Source: Dehalococcoidales bacterium (GTDB taxonomy: Bacteria > Chloroflexota > Dehalococcoidia > Dehalococcoidales > BS750m-G39). From it: 64,000 nt of DNA. Of this stretch, positions 29,414-38,680 are shown piece after piece (the first letter of the stretch is position 1; every line of letters begins with the position of its first letter). Under the pieces are notes generated by a model, which worked only from the letters and a program-made list of their open reading frames with translations, had not been told where the DNA came from and did not search any database. The stretch is taken from NCBI GenBank assembly GCA_016783245.1, contig JADHWY010000001.1, forward strand, positions 38,007 to 102,006, written 5' to 3'. Position numbers and translations under genes: made by a program.

Positions 29414-30286
29414 ATGACTGTTAGTATGGCAGGGAATTTATTGATAGCCGGAGTTGCAGTTGGTGCTGTGTATGCCATCATGGGTTTAGGCTTAAGTTAT
29501 GTTTATGGCATAACAAAAATATTTAATTACACTCAGGGGGCGTTCTTCACCTGGGCAGCCTATATTGCCTGGGTGCTATCATCAGGATTTTTTCACTTAA
29601 ATTATGCCGCCGCGGTTATTATTACCGTTGCAACTATGTTCCTGATTGGTGTTGGCTACGAAAAAGCCGTTATACGTCCCCTGCGTCGTTTCCCAGAGTG
29701 GCAGATGACTGCGCTTATTGTTACTTTAGCCTCGGCTATGGCATTAGACAACCTGGCTTTGGCAGTCTTTGGCTATGCGCCGAAAAGAATCCCCCATTTA
29801 ATCAAGGGAAATTTCGTCTGGGGTGATTTCCTAATAACCAGGCATGAGGTGGTAACATTGGTAGCCGCCCTAGCTATAATGTTTCTCCTTATCCTTTTCT
29901 TGAAGAAGGTCAGGGAGGGTATGGCAATGCAAGGGATGGCCCAAGAGCCGGTAGGCGCACGGATTGTGGGCATACCGATAGACAAGATGTATAGCTATTC
30001 CTTTGGTATAGCAACAGTCCTGGCTGGAATTAGTGCTATATTGCTTGCCCCAAAGATCTTAATATATCCTACTGTAGGCTGGGTGGTTTTTATAAAGGCG
30101 TTTGTAGTCATGGTATTTGGTGGGGTGGGCAGTATTAAAGGAACTGTTATCGCTGCCTTTATTTTGGCAACGGTAGAGGTTTTTGTTACATATTATATCG
30201 GCGGCATTTGGGGAATGCCTATCTTCATTGCTGTGTTGGCGATTATGTTAATAATTAGACCGAGAGGGCTGTTTGGGACATGGTAG
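29414..30286 (+). CDS. branched-chain amino acid ABC transporter permease (LivH-like)
   Basis: Polytopic. AVYAIMGLGLSYVYG, GMAMQGMAQEP..ARIVGI, GGVGSIKG motifs. Start moved to the ATG at 29414 (SD GGCGGAG). The track start 29381 is possible. Confidence 0.85.
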   Translation: MTVSMAGNLLIAGVAVGAVYAIMGLGLSYVYGITKIFNYTQGAFFTWAAYIAWVLSSGFFHLNYAAAVIITVATMFLIGVGYEKAVIRPLRRFPEWQMTALIVTLASAMALDNLALAVFGYAPKRIPHLIKGNFVWGDFLITRHEVVTLVAALAIMFLLILFLKKVREGMAMQGMAQEPVGARIVGIPIDKMYSYSFGIATVLAGISAILLAPKILIYPTVGWVVFIKAFVVMVFGGVGSIKGTVIAAFILATVEVFVTYYIGGIWGMPIFIAVLAIMLIIRPRGLFGTW

Positions 30287-31275
30287 TTAATAAGATAGGT
30301 AGGAAAAACGCTTTGTTACTCGGTGGTGTGTTGGTTTTGGGACTTCTCCCAATTGCTTTACAAGGGAATGCACGCATTTTGAATGTTTTAATCGCAGCCC
30401 TTATGTGGGGAGTACTAGCTTCAGCATGGGACCTCTGCATGGGATATGCTAGGGTATTCTCTTTTGGACATCTTGCGTTTTTCACTATCGGTGCTTACAC
30501 AGCAGGCCTGACGGCACGGCAACTGGGGATACCGCCATTGGCTGCAATCCCACTCGGAGGTGTTACAGCAGCTATATTCGGTTTGCTAATTGGTTTGCTC
30601 TGCCTTAGACTTCGTGGTGTATATATAGCTATGGTTACCTTCGGCCTGCATATGGTCCTACAGACTGTTATTATCTGGGGACGTGATATTACTGGCGGGA
30701 AGACTGGTGTAACCGGCTTTGCTCCTCTGCAAATAGGGCAATATATCTTTTCCCCTAGTTATCCATTTTTCAGTTATTATATTGCTCTCGGTATATTTAT
30801 CCTGTTACTCTTTATAATTTATAGGATTATCAATTCCCCGATTGGGCTAGCATTTGTGGCTCTCCGCGATTCGGAGCCCTATGCTAAGAGCCTTGGCGTA
30901 AATGAGTATAAGTATAAGCTTATTGTGTTTGGTATCTCCGCCTTCATAGCTGGCTTAATCGGTGCTGTTTATATTCATTTCTATGGTATAATTTCTCCGG
31001 TCACGTTAGACATTCCTATTTTTCTTATGGTTCTAATCATGTTCATGCTTGGAGGATTAGGCAGGTTCCCTGGAGCAGTGATTGGCGCTTTTGTCATCAC
31101 TTTTGTCACTGAGGCTTTGCGACCACTACTACTCTGGCGCTTTGTTGCGTTGGGAGCGATAGTAGTTGCAGTGACGGTTTTTATCCCTGGGGGGCTAATG
31201 TCAATCCCTGAGAGGGTTAGACCCTTTATCCGGCGAGCTTTTGGAAGAAGGCACGTTGAAGAAGAGGTGTCGTAA
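30280..31275 (+). CDS. branched-chain amino acid ABC transporter permease (LivM-like)
   Basis: Polytopic. FSFGHLAFFTIGAY, ALRDSEPYAKSLGVN, GGLGRFPGAVIGA. Confidence 0.85.
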   Translation: MVVNKIGRKNALLLGGVLVLGLLPIALQGNARILNVLIAALMWGVLASAWDLCMGYARVFSFGHLAFFTIGAYTAGLTARQLGIPPLAAIPLGGVTAAIFGLLIGLLCLRLRGVYIAMVTFGLHMVLQTVIIWGRDITGGKTGVTGFAPLQIGQYIFSPSYPFFSYYIALGIFILLLFIIYRIINSPIGLAFVALRDSEPYAKSLGVNEYKYKLIVFGISAFIAGLIGAVYIHFYGIISPVTLDIPIFLMVLIMFMLGGLGRFPGAVIGAFVITFVTEALRPLLLWRFVALGAIVVAVTVFIPGGLMSIPERVRPFIRRAFGRRHVEEEVS

Positions 31276-31306
31276 GGGTAGAGTATGTAAGTAGGCAGAC
31301 CAAAAT

Positions 31307-32017
31307 ATGAAAATTCTTCAGGCTAAAGAAGTAACTAAGCGCTTCGGCGAATTAGCTGCCGTTAAAGACTTAACTTTTGAGGTAGAAAAGGGTGAAATCT
31401 TTGGTATAGCCGGACCAAATGGTTCCGGGAAGACCACTCTATTCAACCTTATTTCGGGGGTTTATTCTGGTTCAGGAGACATCATTTTTGAGGGTGAGAA
31501 CATTCATGGGCTTAGACCATTTCAAGTCTGCCACAAGGGAGTGGCACGGACATTTCAAATCCCCATCCTTTTCCCATCGATTACTGTATACGACAATATA
31601 AGGGTTGGCGCCCATTTTGGAGTGTTGAAAGGGAAAAATGAGAAGGAACGTATCAACGAAGTAATAGACTTCGTCGGTTTACGGGGTAGAGAAAATATTG
31701 TCGCCGAACATGTGGACCTTTTTGATAAAAGGCTAACCATGCTGGCGGGGGCGCTAGCTACACAGCCCAGGCTATTACTCGTTGATGAACCGATAGCCGG
31801 CTTAAGCCCGAGGGAGGTCAGAGATTCGGTGGCCCTGTTCCAAAAAATCAACAGAGAGCTAGGGATAACGATAATAATTATCGAGCATTTGATGAAGGTC
31901 CTGGTAGAGGTCTCCCATAGACTTATGATTATCAATAATGGGGAGAAAATCTGTATTGGCCCACCTGAGGAGGTTACTCAGAATAAGGAGGTAATAGAGG
32001 TTTACCTGGGAGGTTGA
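31307..32017 (+). CDS. ABC transporter ATP-binding protein (LivG-like)
   Basis: Walker A GPNGSGKTT, signature-region equivalent, Walker B LLLVDEPIAG. Confidence 0.9.
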   Translation: MKILQAKEVTKRFGELAAVKDLTFEVEKGEIFGIAGPNGSGKTTLFNLISGVYSGSGDIIFEGENIHGLRPFQVCHKGVARTFQIPILFPSITVYDNIRVGAHFGVLKGKNEKERINEVIDFVGLRGRENIVAEHVDLFDKRLTMLAGALATQPRLLLVDEPIAGLSPREVRDSVALFQKINRELGITIIIIEHLMKVLVEVSHRLMIINNGEKICIGPPEEVTQNKEVIEVYLGG

Positions 32018-32724
32018 TTATGCTTGAAGTAGATAGGATAGATACTTACTACGGCGAATTTCAGGCATTAAAGGAGGTTTCGGTCAACGTTAAGGAGGGT
32101 GAACTGGTGGTCGTTTTTGGACCCAACGGTCATGGTAAGAGCACTCTACTCAAGACTATCTGTGGCTTACTCACTCCAGCCTCGGGCTATGTAAAGTTTG
32201 ATGGCGAGCAAATAAACGGGATGCCCACCCAAAAAATTGTCGGGATGGGCATGGTTTATATCGCTGAGGACAGGCATCTCTTTCCTGATATGACAGTGCT
32301 AGAAAACCTGAAGTTGGGTGCCTATAGCCCCCATGCTCGACCCAAAGAAGCTGAGAACCTTGATTATGTTTTTCAGTTGTTCCCCAGGCTAAAGGATTGG
32401 AGAAAAAGAAATGCCTCGACACTGAGTGGTGGGGAGGCACGAATGTTGGCCATTGGGCGAGGACTAATGTCTGCGGCTAGGTTTCTGGCAATAGATGAGC
32501 CATCGCTGGGACTAGCGCCTATGGTTAGACGTGATGTGTTTAGAACGATTAAGGAAATTAATGAGACGGGCATTAGTGTGCTCATGGTTGAGCAGAGCGT
32601 TGTCCAAATTTCAGAGATGGCGGATAGAACCTACCTTATGGAAGATGGCAGGATAGTATTTGAAGGTAGCAAGGATGAAGCCTTGAAGGACGAGCATGTA
32701 AAGGAAGTATTTTTAGGTATATGA
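32014..32724 (+). CDS. ABC transporter ATP-binding protein (LivF-like)
   Basis: Walker A GPNGHGKST, signature LSGGEARML, Walker B FLAIDEPSLGL. 4-nt overlap with the previous gene. Confidence 0.9.
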   Translation: MIMLEVDRIDTYYGEFQALKEVSVNVKEGELVVVFGPNGHGKSTLLKTICGLLTPASGYVKFDGEQINGMPTQKIVGMGMVYIAEDRHLFPDMTVLENLKLGAYSPHARPKEAENLDYVFQLFPRLKDWRKRNASTLSGGEARMLAIGRGLMSAARFLAIDEPSLGLAPMVRRDVFRTIKEINETGISVLMVEQSVVQISEMADRTYLMEDGRIVFEGSKDEALKDEHVKEVFLGI

Positions 32725-32901
32725 AAGTTGGTGGTCTATCCTTGTTTCTGAGTGAGCAGACGTGAAAAGGTGAAACATTGAGATGTCGAGTATACCCAGT
32801 GTAGTAGCAGTTGGGACAATGGTCTGTAAATCCCCAAGGTTCAACGGGAATTCCTAAATCCCTGTGCCATTTAATTGGACGTTCCAAAAAAGAGGAGAAA
32901 A

Positions 32902-34218
32902 ATGATCGATCCAAAAGTGAAAGAGGTTGTTCTGGCAGTAGTCGATAGCTTAAAGGATGACCTTGTCCAATTGGTTTGTGATACAGTCAAGATTCCCAGC
33001 GTGAACCCCACGTTTCCGGGAGTAGTGTATGAAGAGGCTCTTGGTGGGGAGACCAAGGTAGCCGAATTCCTCAAGCCGCTTCTGGAAGATATTGGCCTCA
33101 AGACAGACATGTGGGAAAAAGAAAAGGGCCGCGCCAACCTGGTAGGAGTTTATAAGGGGACCGGGGATGGAAAATCCCTGATTTTTAATGGCCACACGGA
33201 CGTCGTCCCTCCGGGACCAGAAGAGGAGTGGACCAAGGCTGAACCCTGGAGCGGCAAAATCGCGGATGGAAAGATTTGGGGTCGCGGCGCCTGTGATATG
33301 AAGGGTGGGGATGTAGCCGCCATCATCGCACTAAAGGCTCTTCTTAATGCTGGGTATAAGCCAAAAGGCGATGTGATTATTGAGGATGTGGTTGGGGAAG
33401 AGATGATGAACACCGAGGCAGGCACTGGGGCGACCATCGAGCGCGGCTACAAAGCAGACGCGGCAATTGTTGTAGAGCCATCTGGCCCCCCTTACCGACT
33501 GGGGCTTATTCCAGCCTCACCCGGCGTCTTCTATATGGTCGTTACCATCAAGGGCAAGGCTGTCCACGCCTCAATGCGGGATGAATTAATCCGGCCTGGG
33601 GGCGGTGGGGCAAAGATAGGTGTTAGCTCAATCGATAAAGCGATGATTATATACCAAGGCCTCAGGAAACTAGAGGAGGAATGGGGGCAAACTAAGAGCC
33701 ACCCGATGTTCACCCGCCCTGGTCATTTCACCCTTCATCCCGGCGTAATCACCGGTGGTCCCAGTGGTGCTTTCGTCATTTCCAATGAAAGCAAAATTGA
33801 ATATGCAATCTGGCATGCTCCTTCCGATTCTGAAGAACAGGTCAAGAAAGAGGTAGAAGAACAGATCTCTCTGTTTGCGCAAACGGACCCCTGGCTGAGG
33901 GAACATCCGCCAAAGATAGAATGGCTGCTGTGGTGGCCACCCTACGATGTTCCCGTGGATGCCCCTATCTGCAAAGCTGTTGCTACAGCTTATGAGTCGG
34001 CAATGGAGGAACCAGTTAAGTATTACGGCTTCGCCGCAGTTGATGACGCGGCTTTCCTGAACAGGGCAGGAATCCCCGCCATTACTATCGGACCAGGTGA
34101 TCTCCGTGTTGCCCATGCCGCCAATGAGTATGTCGAGATCGCTGAACTTGTTGATGCGGCAAAGATTTACGCCTTGTCTATCGTGGAGTGGTGTGGGGTT
34201 CAACGGAGTAGAAAGTGA
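32902..34218 (+). CDS. M20 family metallo-amidohydrolase (ArgE/DapE/ACY1/CPG2-like)
   Basis: FNGHTDVVPPG, GRGACDMKGG, VVGEE, GPGDLRVAHAANEY. Start set at ATG 32902 after SD AGAGGAG. The track TTG is at 32875. Confidence 0.85.
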   Translation: MIDPKVKEVVLAVVDSLKDDLVQLVCDTVKIPSVNPTFPGVVYEEALGGETKVAEFLKPLLEDIGLKTDMWEKEKGRANLVGVYKGTGDGKSLIFNGHTDVVPPGPEEEWTKAEPWSGKIADGKIWGRGACDMKGGDVAAIIALKALLNAGYKPKGDVIIEDVVGEEMMNTEAGTGATIERGYKADAAIVVEPSGPPYRLGLIPASPGVFYMVVTIKGKAVHASMRDELIRPGGGGAKIGVSSIDKAMIIYQGLRKLEEEWGQTKSHPMFTRPGHFTLHPGVITGGPSGAFVISNESKIEYAIWHAPSDSEEQVKKEVEEQISLFAQTDPWLREHPPKIEWLLWWPPYDVPVDAPICKAVATAYESAMEEPVKYYGFAAVDDAAFLNRAGIPAITIGPGDLRVAHAANEYVEIAELVDAAKIYALSIVEWCGVQRSRK

Positions 34219-34323
34219 CTGGTTAATTGTATGTAGTCTGCGAAAGTGGGGTAGAGAAGAAGAATAACACAACAAACCTTAGTCTCTAACTTAGCACCTG
34301 AGTTTCGTATCTCTAAGTCGTAT

Positions 34324-35685
34324 TTACCTTGCTAGCATTACATAAAGGCTATTGACGTTGGTGCCGGTTTGCCCGGTTATGATTGCATCGCTCAATTTAC
34401 TCAGGATGGTAGAGGCATCGTGCGACAACAAGCTCTCAAGTAAATCCAATCCCTTTTCTTTCGCTCGCTCTGTTGTAGAGCTGTCAATGATGCCTCCGGC
34501 TAGCTCGGTTGGTCCGTCTGTGCCATCGGTATCAATAGCAGCGATGACCACCCCACTCACCCCAGCGAGTTGCAATGCCGCGCTAAGCACAAATTCCTGG
34601 TTCGGGCCTCCTTTGCCACAGTTACCACTTATGGTAACTGTGGTCTCGCCACCAGCAATAACCACGCAGGGTGTTGTGAGTGGTCTGCCGTAAGTCTTAA
34701 TTTCTCTAGCCATACCAGTAAATATGTGGCTTACTTCCCTGCTTTCTCCTTCGAAAGTGGTAGTTAGTATCATCGGGGCGAACCCTAGCTCTTTTGCCCT
34801 ATTACTCGCCGCTTCACAAACGACCTTACTCTTCACTATAACAAATGTATGCACCGGCATACCATCGAAGTTCCTGGGGTTTTCCATTTCGGGAGTGGCA
34901 TTTAATAAGTATTCTAAAGCAGATTTCGGGATCTTTCCCACTAGGTCATACTTCTTTAATACCCGAATGGCATCCTCAAAGGTCGAGGTATCGGGCACAG
35001 TCAAATCGGTTATACAATCTAGAGGGTCGCCGGTTACATCAGAGACAGTTAAATTAATAAGCTCAGCAGGAAATATGGAGAGGGCGAGTTTGCCCCCCTT
35101 AATTTGGGAGAGGTGTTTTCTAACCGCATTTATTTCCCTGATGGTGGCTCCACTATAGATAAGCAGTTCATGTACCCGTCTCTTCTCTTCAATAGTAATG
35201 CCAGGGGCAGGAAACGGCGCGAGGGCTGAACTTCCTCCGGTTATGGCACAAAAAACAAGGTCCCCCTTCTGTGCCGTCTCCGCCAATGATTTCATCTCCT
35301 TAGCTGCCATAAATCCCCGTTCATCGGGTAGCGGATGCGATGCCTCTCTCATCCGCACCCTTTCTAAAGTGCCTTCCTGTCCTTCCTTCAAAATAACAAC
35401 ACCATCGGAAATCCGTTCTCCCAGAATTTCTTCAAGGGCTTTGGCTATTGGGAAAGTAGCTTTGCCTGCCCCGAAGAGATAAATTTTCCCTCTCTTAGAG
35501 AGATCATAGCGTAAGTTATCAACGTTGAGGATGTTCCCATGCAAATGGACCAGGTTTATGGTTGCTGTATAGGGGTCTGCTGCTAGCAACGCGTGCTCAA
35601 TAATATCAATTACAGTTCCCCTTCCTGTAACCTCACCGTGGGAAGTAAGTTCTTCTTTATTCTTAATATACAAAGAATCGTCCAC
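34324..35685 (-). CDS. glycerate 2-kinase / hydroxypyruvate reductase-like protein (DUF4147 + MOFRL)
   Basis: FGAGKATFPIAKALEE in the N-domain. IAGGETTVTISG..GKGGPNQEF and DTDGTDGPT in the MOFRL domain. Confidence 0.8.
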   Translation of the reverse strand: MDDSLYIKNKEELTSHGEVTGRGTVIDIIEHALLAADPYTATINLVHLHGNILNVDNLRYDLSKRGKIYLFGAGKATFPIAKALEEILGERISDGVVILKEGQEGTLERVRMREASHPLPDERGFMAAKEMKSLAETAQKGDLVFCAITGGSSALAPFPAPGITIEEKRRVHELLIYSGATIREINAVRKHLSQIKGGKLALSIFPAELINLTVSDVTGDPLDCITDLTVPDTSTFEDAIRVLKKYDLVGKIPKSALEYLLNATPEMENPRNFDGMPVHTFVIVKSKVVCEAASNRAKELGFAPMILTTTFEGESREVSHIFTGMAREIKTYGRPLTTPCVVIAGGETTVTISGNCGKGGPNQEFVLSAALQLAGVSGVVIAAIDTDGTDGPTELAGGIIDSSTTERAKEKGLDLLESLLSHDASTILSKLSDAIITGQTGTNVNSLYVMLAR

Positions 35686-35715
35686 CTATCAAGAACCAAG
35701 TCCATGTCTTTCTGA

Positions 35716-36993
35716 TTAGAATGGTTGCCTGAACTTCCTACCAGCATATCTGGCAGAGCTTCCGAGTTCGTCCTCTATCCGTAGCAATTGATTATACTTG
35801 CTGGTTCTCTCGCTGCGCACCGGTGCCCCGGTTTTTATCTGTCCAGCATTTAATCCGACCACGCAATCAGCAATCATACTATCCTCAGTCTCACCGGAGC
35901 GCTCGGAAACTACGACCCCGTACCCGCTTCTAAAAGCCAGCCAGGCTGCATCAAGTGCCTCACTAAATGTTCCGACCTGATTATACTTCCAGAGCAGTGC
36001 ATTGGCCGCGCCCATTTCTATCCCCTTATTCAAACGTTCGGTGTGGGTGACAAATAAGTCATCCCCAACTATCTGGATATCCAGCTCTTTTGTCAGCCGG
36101 GCAAACCCTTCAAAATCGTCCTCCTGCAAAGGGTCCTCTATGGAGGCTATAGAATATGTTGACATCAAATCCTTATAAAGGCCTATCATATCATCGGTAG
36201 TCAGTTGCTCTCCTTCAATGATATACATCCCCGTCTTCTTGTCATAAAGGTGGGTTGCTGCCACGTCGAGCGCATACACTATCTTATCTTCCCATCCTAC
36301 CTCGGCCACAGCTTGTGTCAGGACTTCAAACGGCTCTCTTATCTTGGTCATAGGTGGGACATATCCACCTTCATCTCCTACGTTGAGAGCCATCTTCCCA
36401 TATTTTTCTAGTAATAACTTTCCCACTATAGTGTTAATCTCAACAGTAATTTGGAGAGCCTGAGAAAAGCTTTCGGCACCAACCGGCATTATGATGAATT
36501 CCTGGAAGTCAAGGTCGTTGGATGCCAGCTTTCCCCCGTTTATCAGATTCATCATGGGCACTGGTAAGATGCAGGCGTTAGTATTGATGTACTGGTAAAT
36601 CGGTATCCCTAGACTAGCTGAGGCTGCTTTCACCGCGGCTAGAGATACTCCCAGTATTGCATTAGCACCCAGCTTTGTCTTCTGCTTAGTGCCATCCAGA
36701 CTTATCAACAGCTCATCTATCTTTCTCTGTTCCGTTACCTTTATTCCCACAATCTCACCAGCGATAATCTCATTCACATTACGTACTGCCTTACGCACAC
36801 CAAGCCCGTTGTATCTCGAGTCACCATCCCGAAGCTCGTATGCTTCGTAAGCACCCGTGCTACGCCCGCACGGAACATCCGCCCGTCCACGCAGCATGCC
36901 ATCCACCCACATGTCAACCTGAACTGTGGGTGTTCCCCTGCAGTCTATGATTTCCCTAGCCTTCGCTCTAGTTATTTTTAACTGTTCTACCAT
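35716..36993 (-). CDS. enolase-family paralog with non-canonical active site
   Basis: Full-length enolase fold. Conserved: SIEDP, GDDL, KYNQVG, RSGETED, QIKTG. GGxHA is replaced by GGKLA (L156), and SHRSGETED by SERSGETED (E364). Confidence 0.85.
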   Translation of the reverse strand: MVEQLKITRAKAREIIDCRGTPTVQVDMWVDGMLRGRADVPCGRSTGAYEAYELRDGDSRYNGLGVRKAVRNVNEIIAGEIVGIKVTEQRKIDELLISLDGTKQKTKLGANAILGVSLAAVKAASASLGIPIYQYINTNACILPVPMMNLINGGKLASNDLDFQEFIIMPVGAESFSQALQITVEINTIVGKLLLEKYGKMALNVGDEGGYVPPMTKIREPFEVLTQAVAEVGWEDKIVYALDVAATHLYDKKTGMYIIEGEQLTTDDMIGLYKDLMSTYSIASIEDPLQEDDFEGFARLTKELDIQIVGDDLFVTHTERLNKGIEMGAANALLWKYNQVGTFSEALDAAWLAFRSGYGVVVSERSGETEDSMIADCVVGLNAGQIKTGAPVRSERTSKYNQLLRIEDELGSSARYAGRKFRQPF

Positions 36994-37361
36994 GTTCTGC
37001 TCTCCGCATTTAAAAATTTCACTTTAAAGACGCAGTGACATATGCTTAAACTTCAAGTCAAAACTAGTCAGTCATTTCCTCCTTGGCTTCGCGGTAAAGC
37101 TCAATAAACTCCTTATAGCTTTTTTGGTATTTGACCCTCCTTTCACTTGCGTATTTTAGCAATGCGTTAGTAGACTGTCAATCGCATTCATTGATATTAA
37201 ATATCAACCCAGATATGCATTTTTAAATAAGCTACGCAGATAGATTGAAGGGGCTCTATCCGTTCAGGACAACCTTTCCCCTCAAAGAGGAGAGAGACAG
37301 GGAATATGGTTGAGTTGATAGAAACCCCACTAGAACTCGTTTAGCAGCTTATCCCCCTGAC

Positions 37362-37454
37362 CCCCCTTTCCTTAACAAGGGAAGGGGGAGTGTAGGTTAG
37401 AGAGGAGTGACATCCCTCTCTAAAGCCTTTTCCTCCTCTCCTTGAAGAGGGGAG
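37362..37454. repeat. cluster of three polypyrimidine/polypurine stem-loops (REP-like)
   Basis: Hairpins at 37362-37388 (10 bp), 37397-37423 (9 bp perfect) and 37433-37454 (8 bp). Track ORF 37341..37646 merely translates them. Confidence 0.6.
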
Positions 37455-37674
37455 TGGAGACCAAGGGGTGAGGTTAAAAAGCAACCCTCCGTATTCAGAT
37501 GAAATGCGAAATTCAAAGCACGAAATCCTAAACAAACACCATTGCCTAACATTTACACACTTTTTGACAAGACCTCCTGGTATTATCTGGAGACGGTTGG
37601 AGTGCTTCAGCCGCTTTATCTTAAGCTGGGACCTCAAGACAGACAACCAAAGGAGATAGACACACCTGAACGGC

Positions 37675-37704
37675 TTGGCAAGTAACTATTTTATCCTTTA
37701 TAAT
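37675..37704 (+). promoter_or_regulatory. putative promoter of the SDR gene (TTGGCA-18-TATAAT)
   Basis: Hexamers at 37675-37680 and 37699-37704, about 60 nt upstream of ATG 37763. Confidence 0.45.
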
Positions 37705-37762
37705 CAATAGGTAACCGTGGCTGGTGCTGGCCGTTAAAAAACAAAAGGAGGTGCTGTTAAAG

Positions 37763-38542
37763 ATGGGAAGACTGGATGGCAAGGTTGCTATGATAACTGG
37801 GGCTGCTTCAGGTATTGGGAGGGGACACGCTGAGCTGTTTGCCAAAGAAGGGGCTAAGGTGGTAATTACCACCAGAAAGAAGGTAGCTGAGGGGACGGCG
37901 TTAGCGGAGAGTATCAAAAAACAAGGTGGAGAAGCTGTCTTCATTAGGCTTGATACAACCAGCGAGGATGACTGGAAAAGGGTGCTCGACGAAATTACCA
38001 AAAAATATGGCAAACTGAACATCCTGGTGAATAACGCTGGCGTTTCACTGGCAAAAACAATCGAGGAAACCTCCCTTCAGGAATGGAATTGGCTGATGAA
38101 TATAAACGCCACCGGGGTTTTCCTGGGCTGCAAATATGCCATTGAAGTTATGAAGAAGAACGGCGAACCGTGTTCCATAATAAATATCTCATCCGTTGAT
38201 GCCATGGTGGGTGAGGCTGGGTTACCTGCCTATTGTGCCTCCAAAGGTGCGGTGTGGTCATTGACCAAAGCAGTGGCACTATCCTGCGCCGAAGCAGGGT
38301 ATAACATTCGGGTCAATTCAGTACATCCCGGTCTTATTCATACTGAGCTTACCGATAAAGAGGCTCAAGACTATGGAATTACGTTCGGGCAGTATGAGAA
38401 ACTATTTACGGCAGCAATTCCACTTGGGCACATTGGTGAACCAATCGATATTGCTTATATCAGTTTATACCTTGCTTCTGATGAATCCAGTTGGGTTACC
38501 GGATCACAGTTTGTTGTTGACGGAGGTTATACCACAAAATAA
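37763..38542 (+). CDS. short-chain dehydrogenase/reductase (classical SDR)
   Basis: TGAASGIG cofactor motif, NNAG, catalytic YCASKGAV. Start set at ATG 37763 after SD AAAGGAGG. The track start is 37724. Confidence 0.9.
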   Translation: MGRLDGKVAMITGAASGIGRGHAELFAKEGAKVVITTRKKVAEGTALAESIKKQGGEAVFIRLDTTSEDDWKRVLDEITKKYGKLNILVNNAGVSLAKTIEETSLQEWNWLMNINATGVFLGCKYAIEVMKKNGEPCSIINISSVDAMVGEAGLPAYCASKGAVWSLTKAVALSCAEAGYNIRVNSVHPGLIHTELTDKEAQDYGITFGQYEKLFTAAIPLGHIGEPIDIAYISLYLASDESSWVTGSQFVVDGGYTTK

Positions 38543-38613
38543 ACGGCACAATAAGGTTAATAATAGCGGCGGGCGAATACTGAACTGGCATTGGCAGCGC
38601 TATTGTCGTTTCT

Positions 38614-38680
38614 CAGGTTAATTTACCACCCATTGTCAAGTTAATGTTCCACCCTTTTTCTCAAGTTAATTGACCACCCT
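38614..38680 (+). repeat. three 19-bp direct repeats TCARGTTAAT-NNN-CCACCC spaced 23 and 25 bp
   Basis: Copies at 38614-38632 (tcaggttaatttaccaccc), 38637-38655 (tcaagttaatgttccaccc) and 38662-38680 (tcaagttaattgaccaccc). A partial fourth copy (agttaccacc) lies about 35 nt downstream. Confidence 0.8.

Noticed and set aside
37341-37646. 101-aa minus-strand ORF (and overlapping ORF 37621..38022)
   Set aside because: The first merely translates the three GC-rich hairpins (PLPSSRRGGKG...). The second is antisense to the SDR gene. Neither has an SD or a family signature.
38614-38680. Considered whether the three direct repeats are a mini-CRISPR array
   Set aside because: The repeats are only 19 bp with 4-6 bp between them, they are imperfect, and no cas genes are present. 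The geometry fits protein-binding iterons and not CRISPR.
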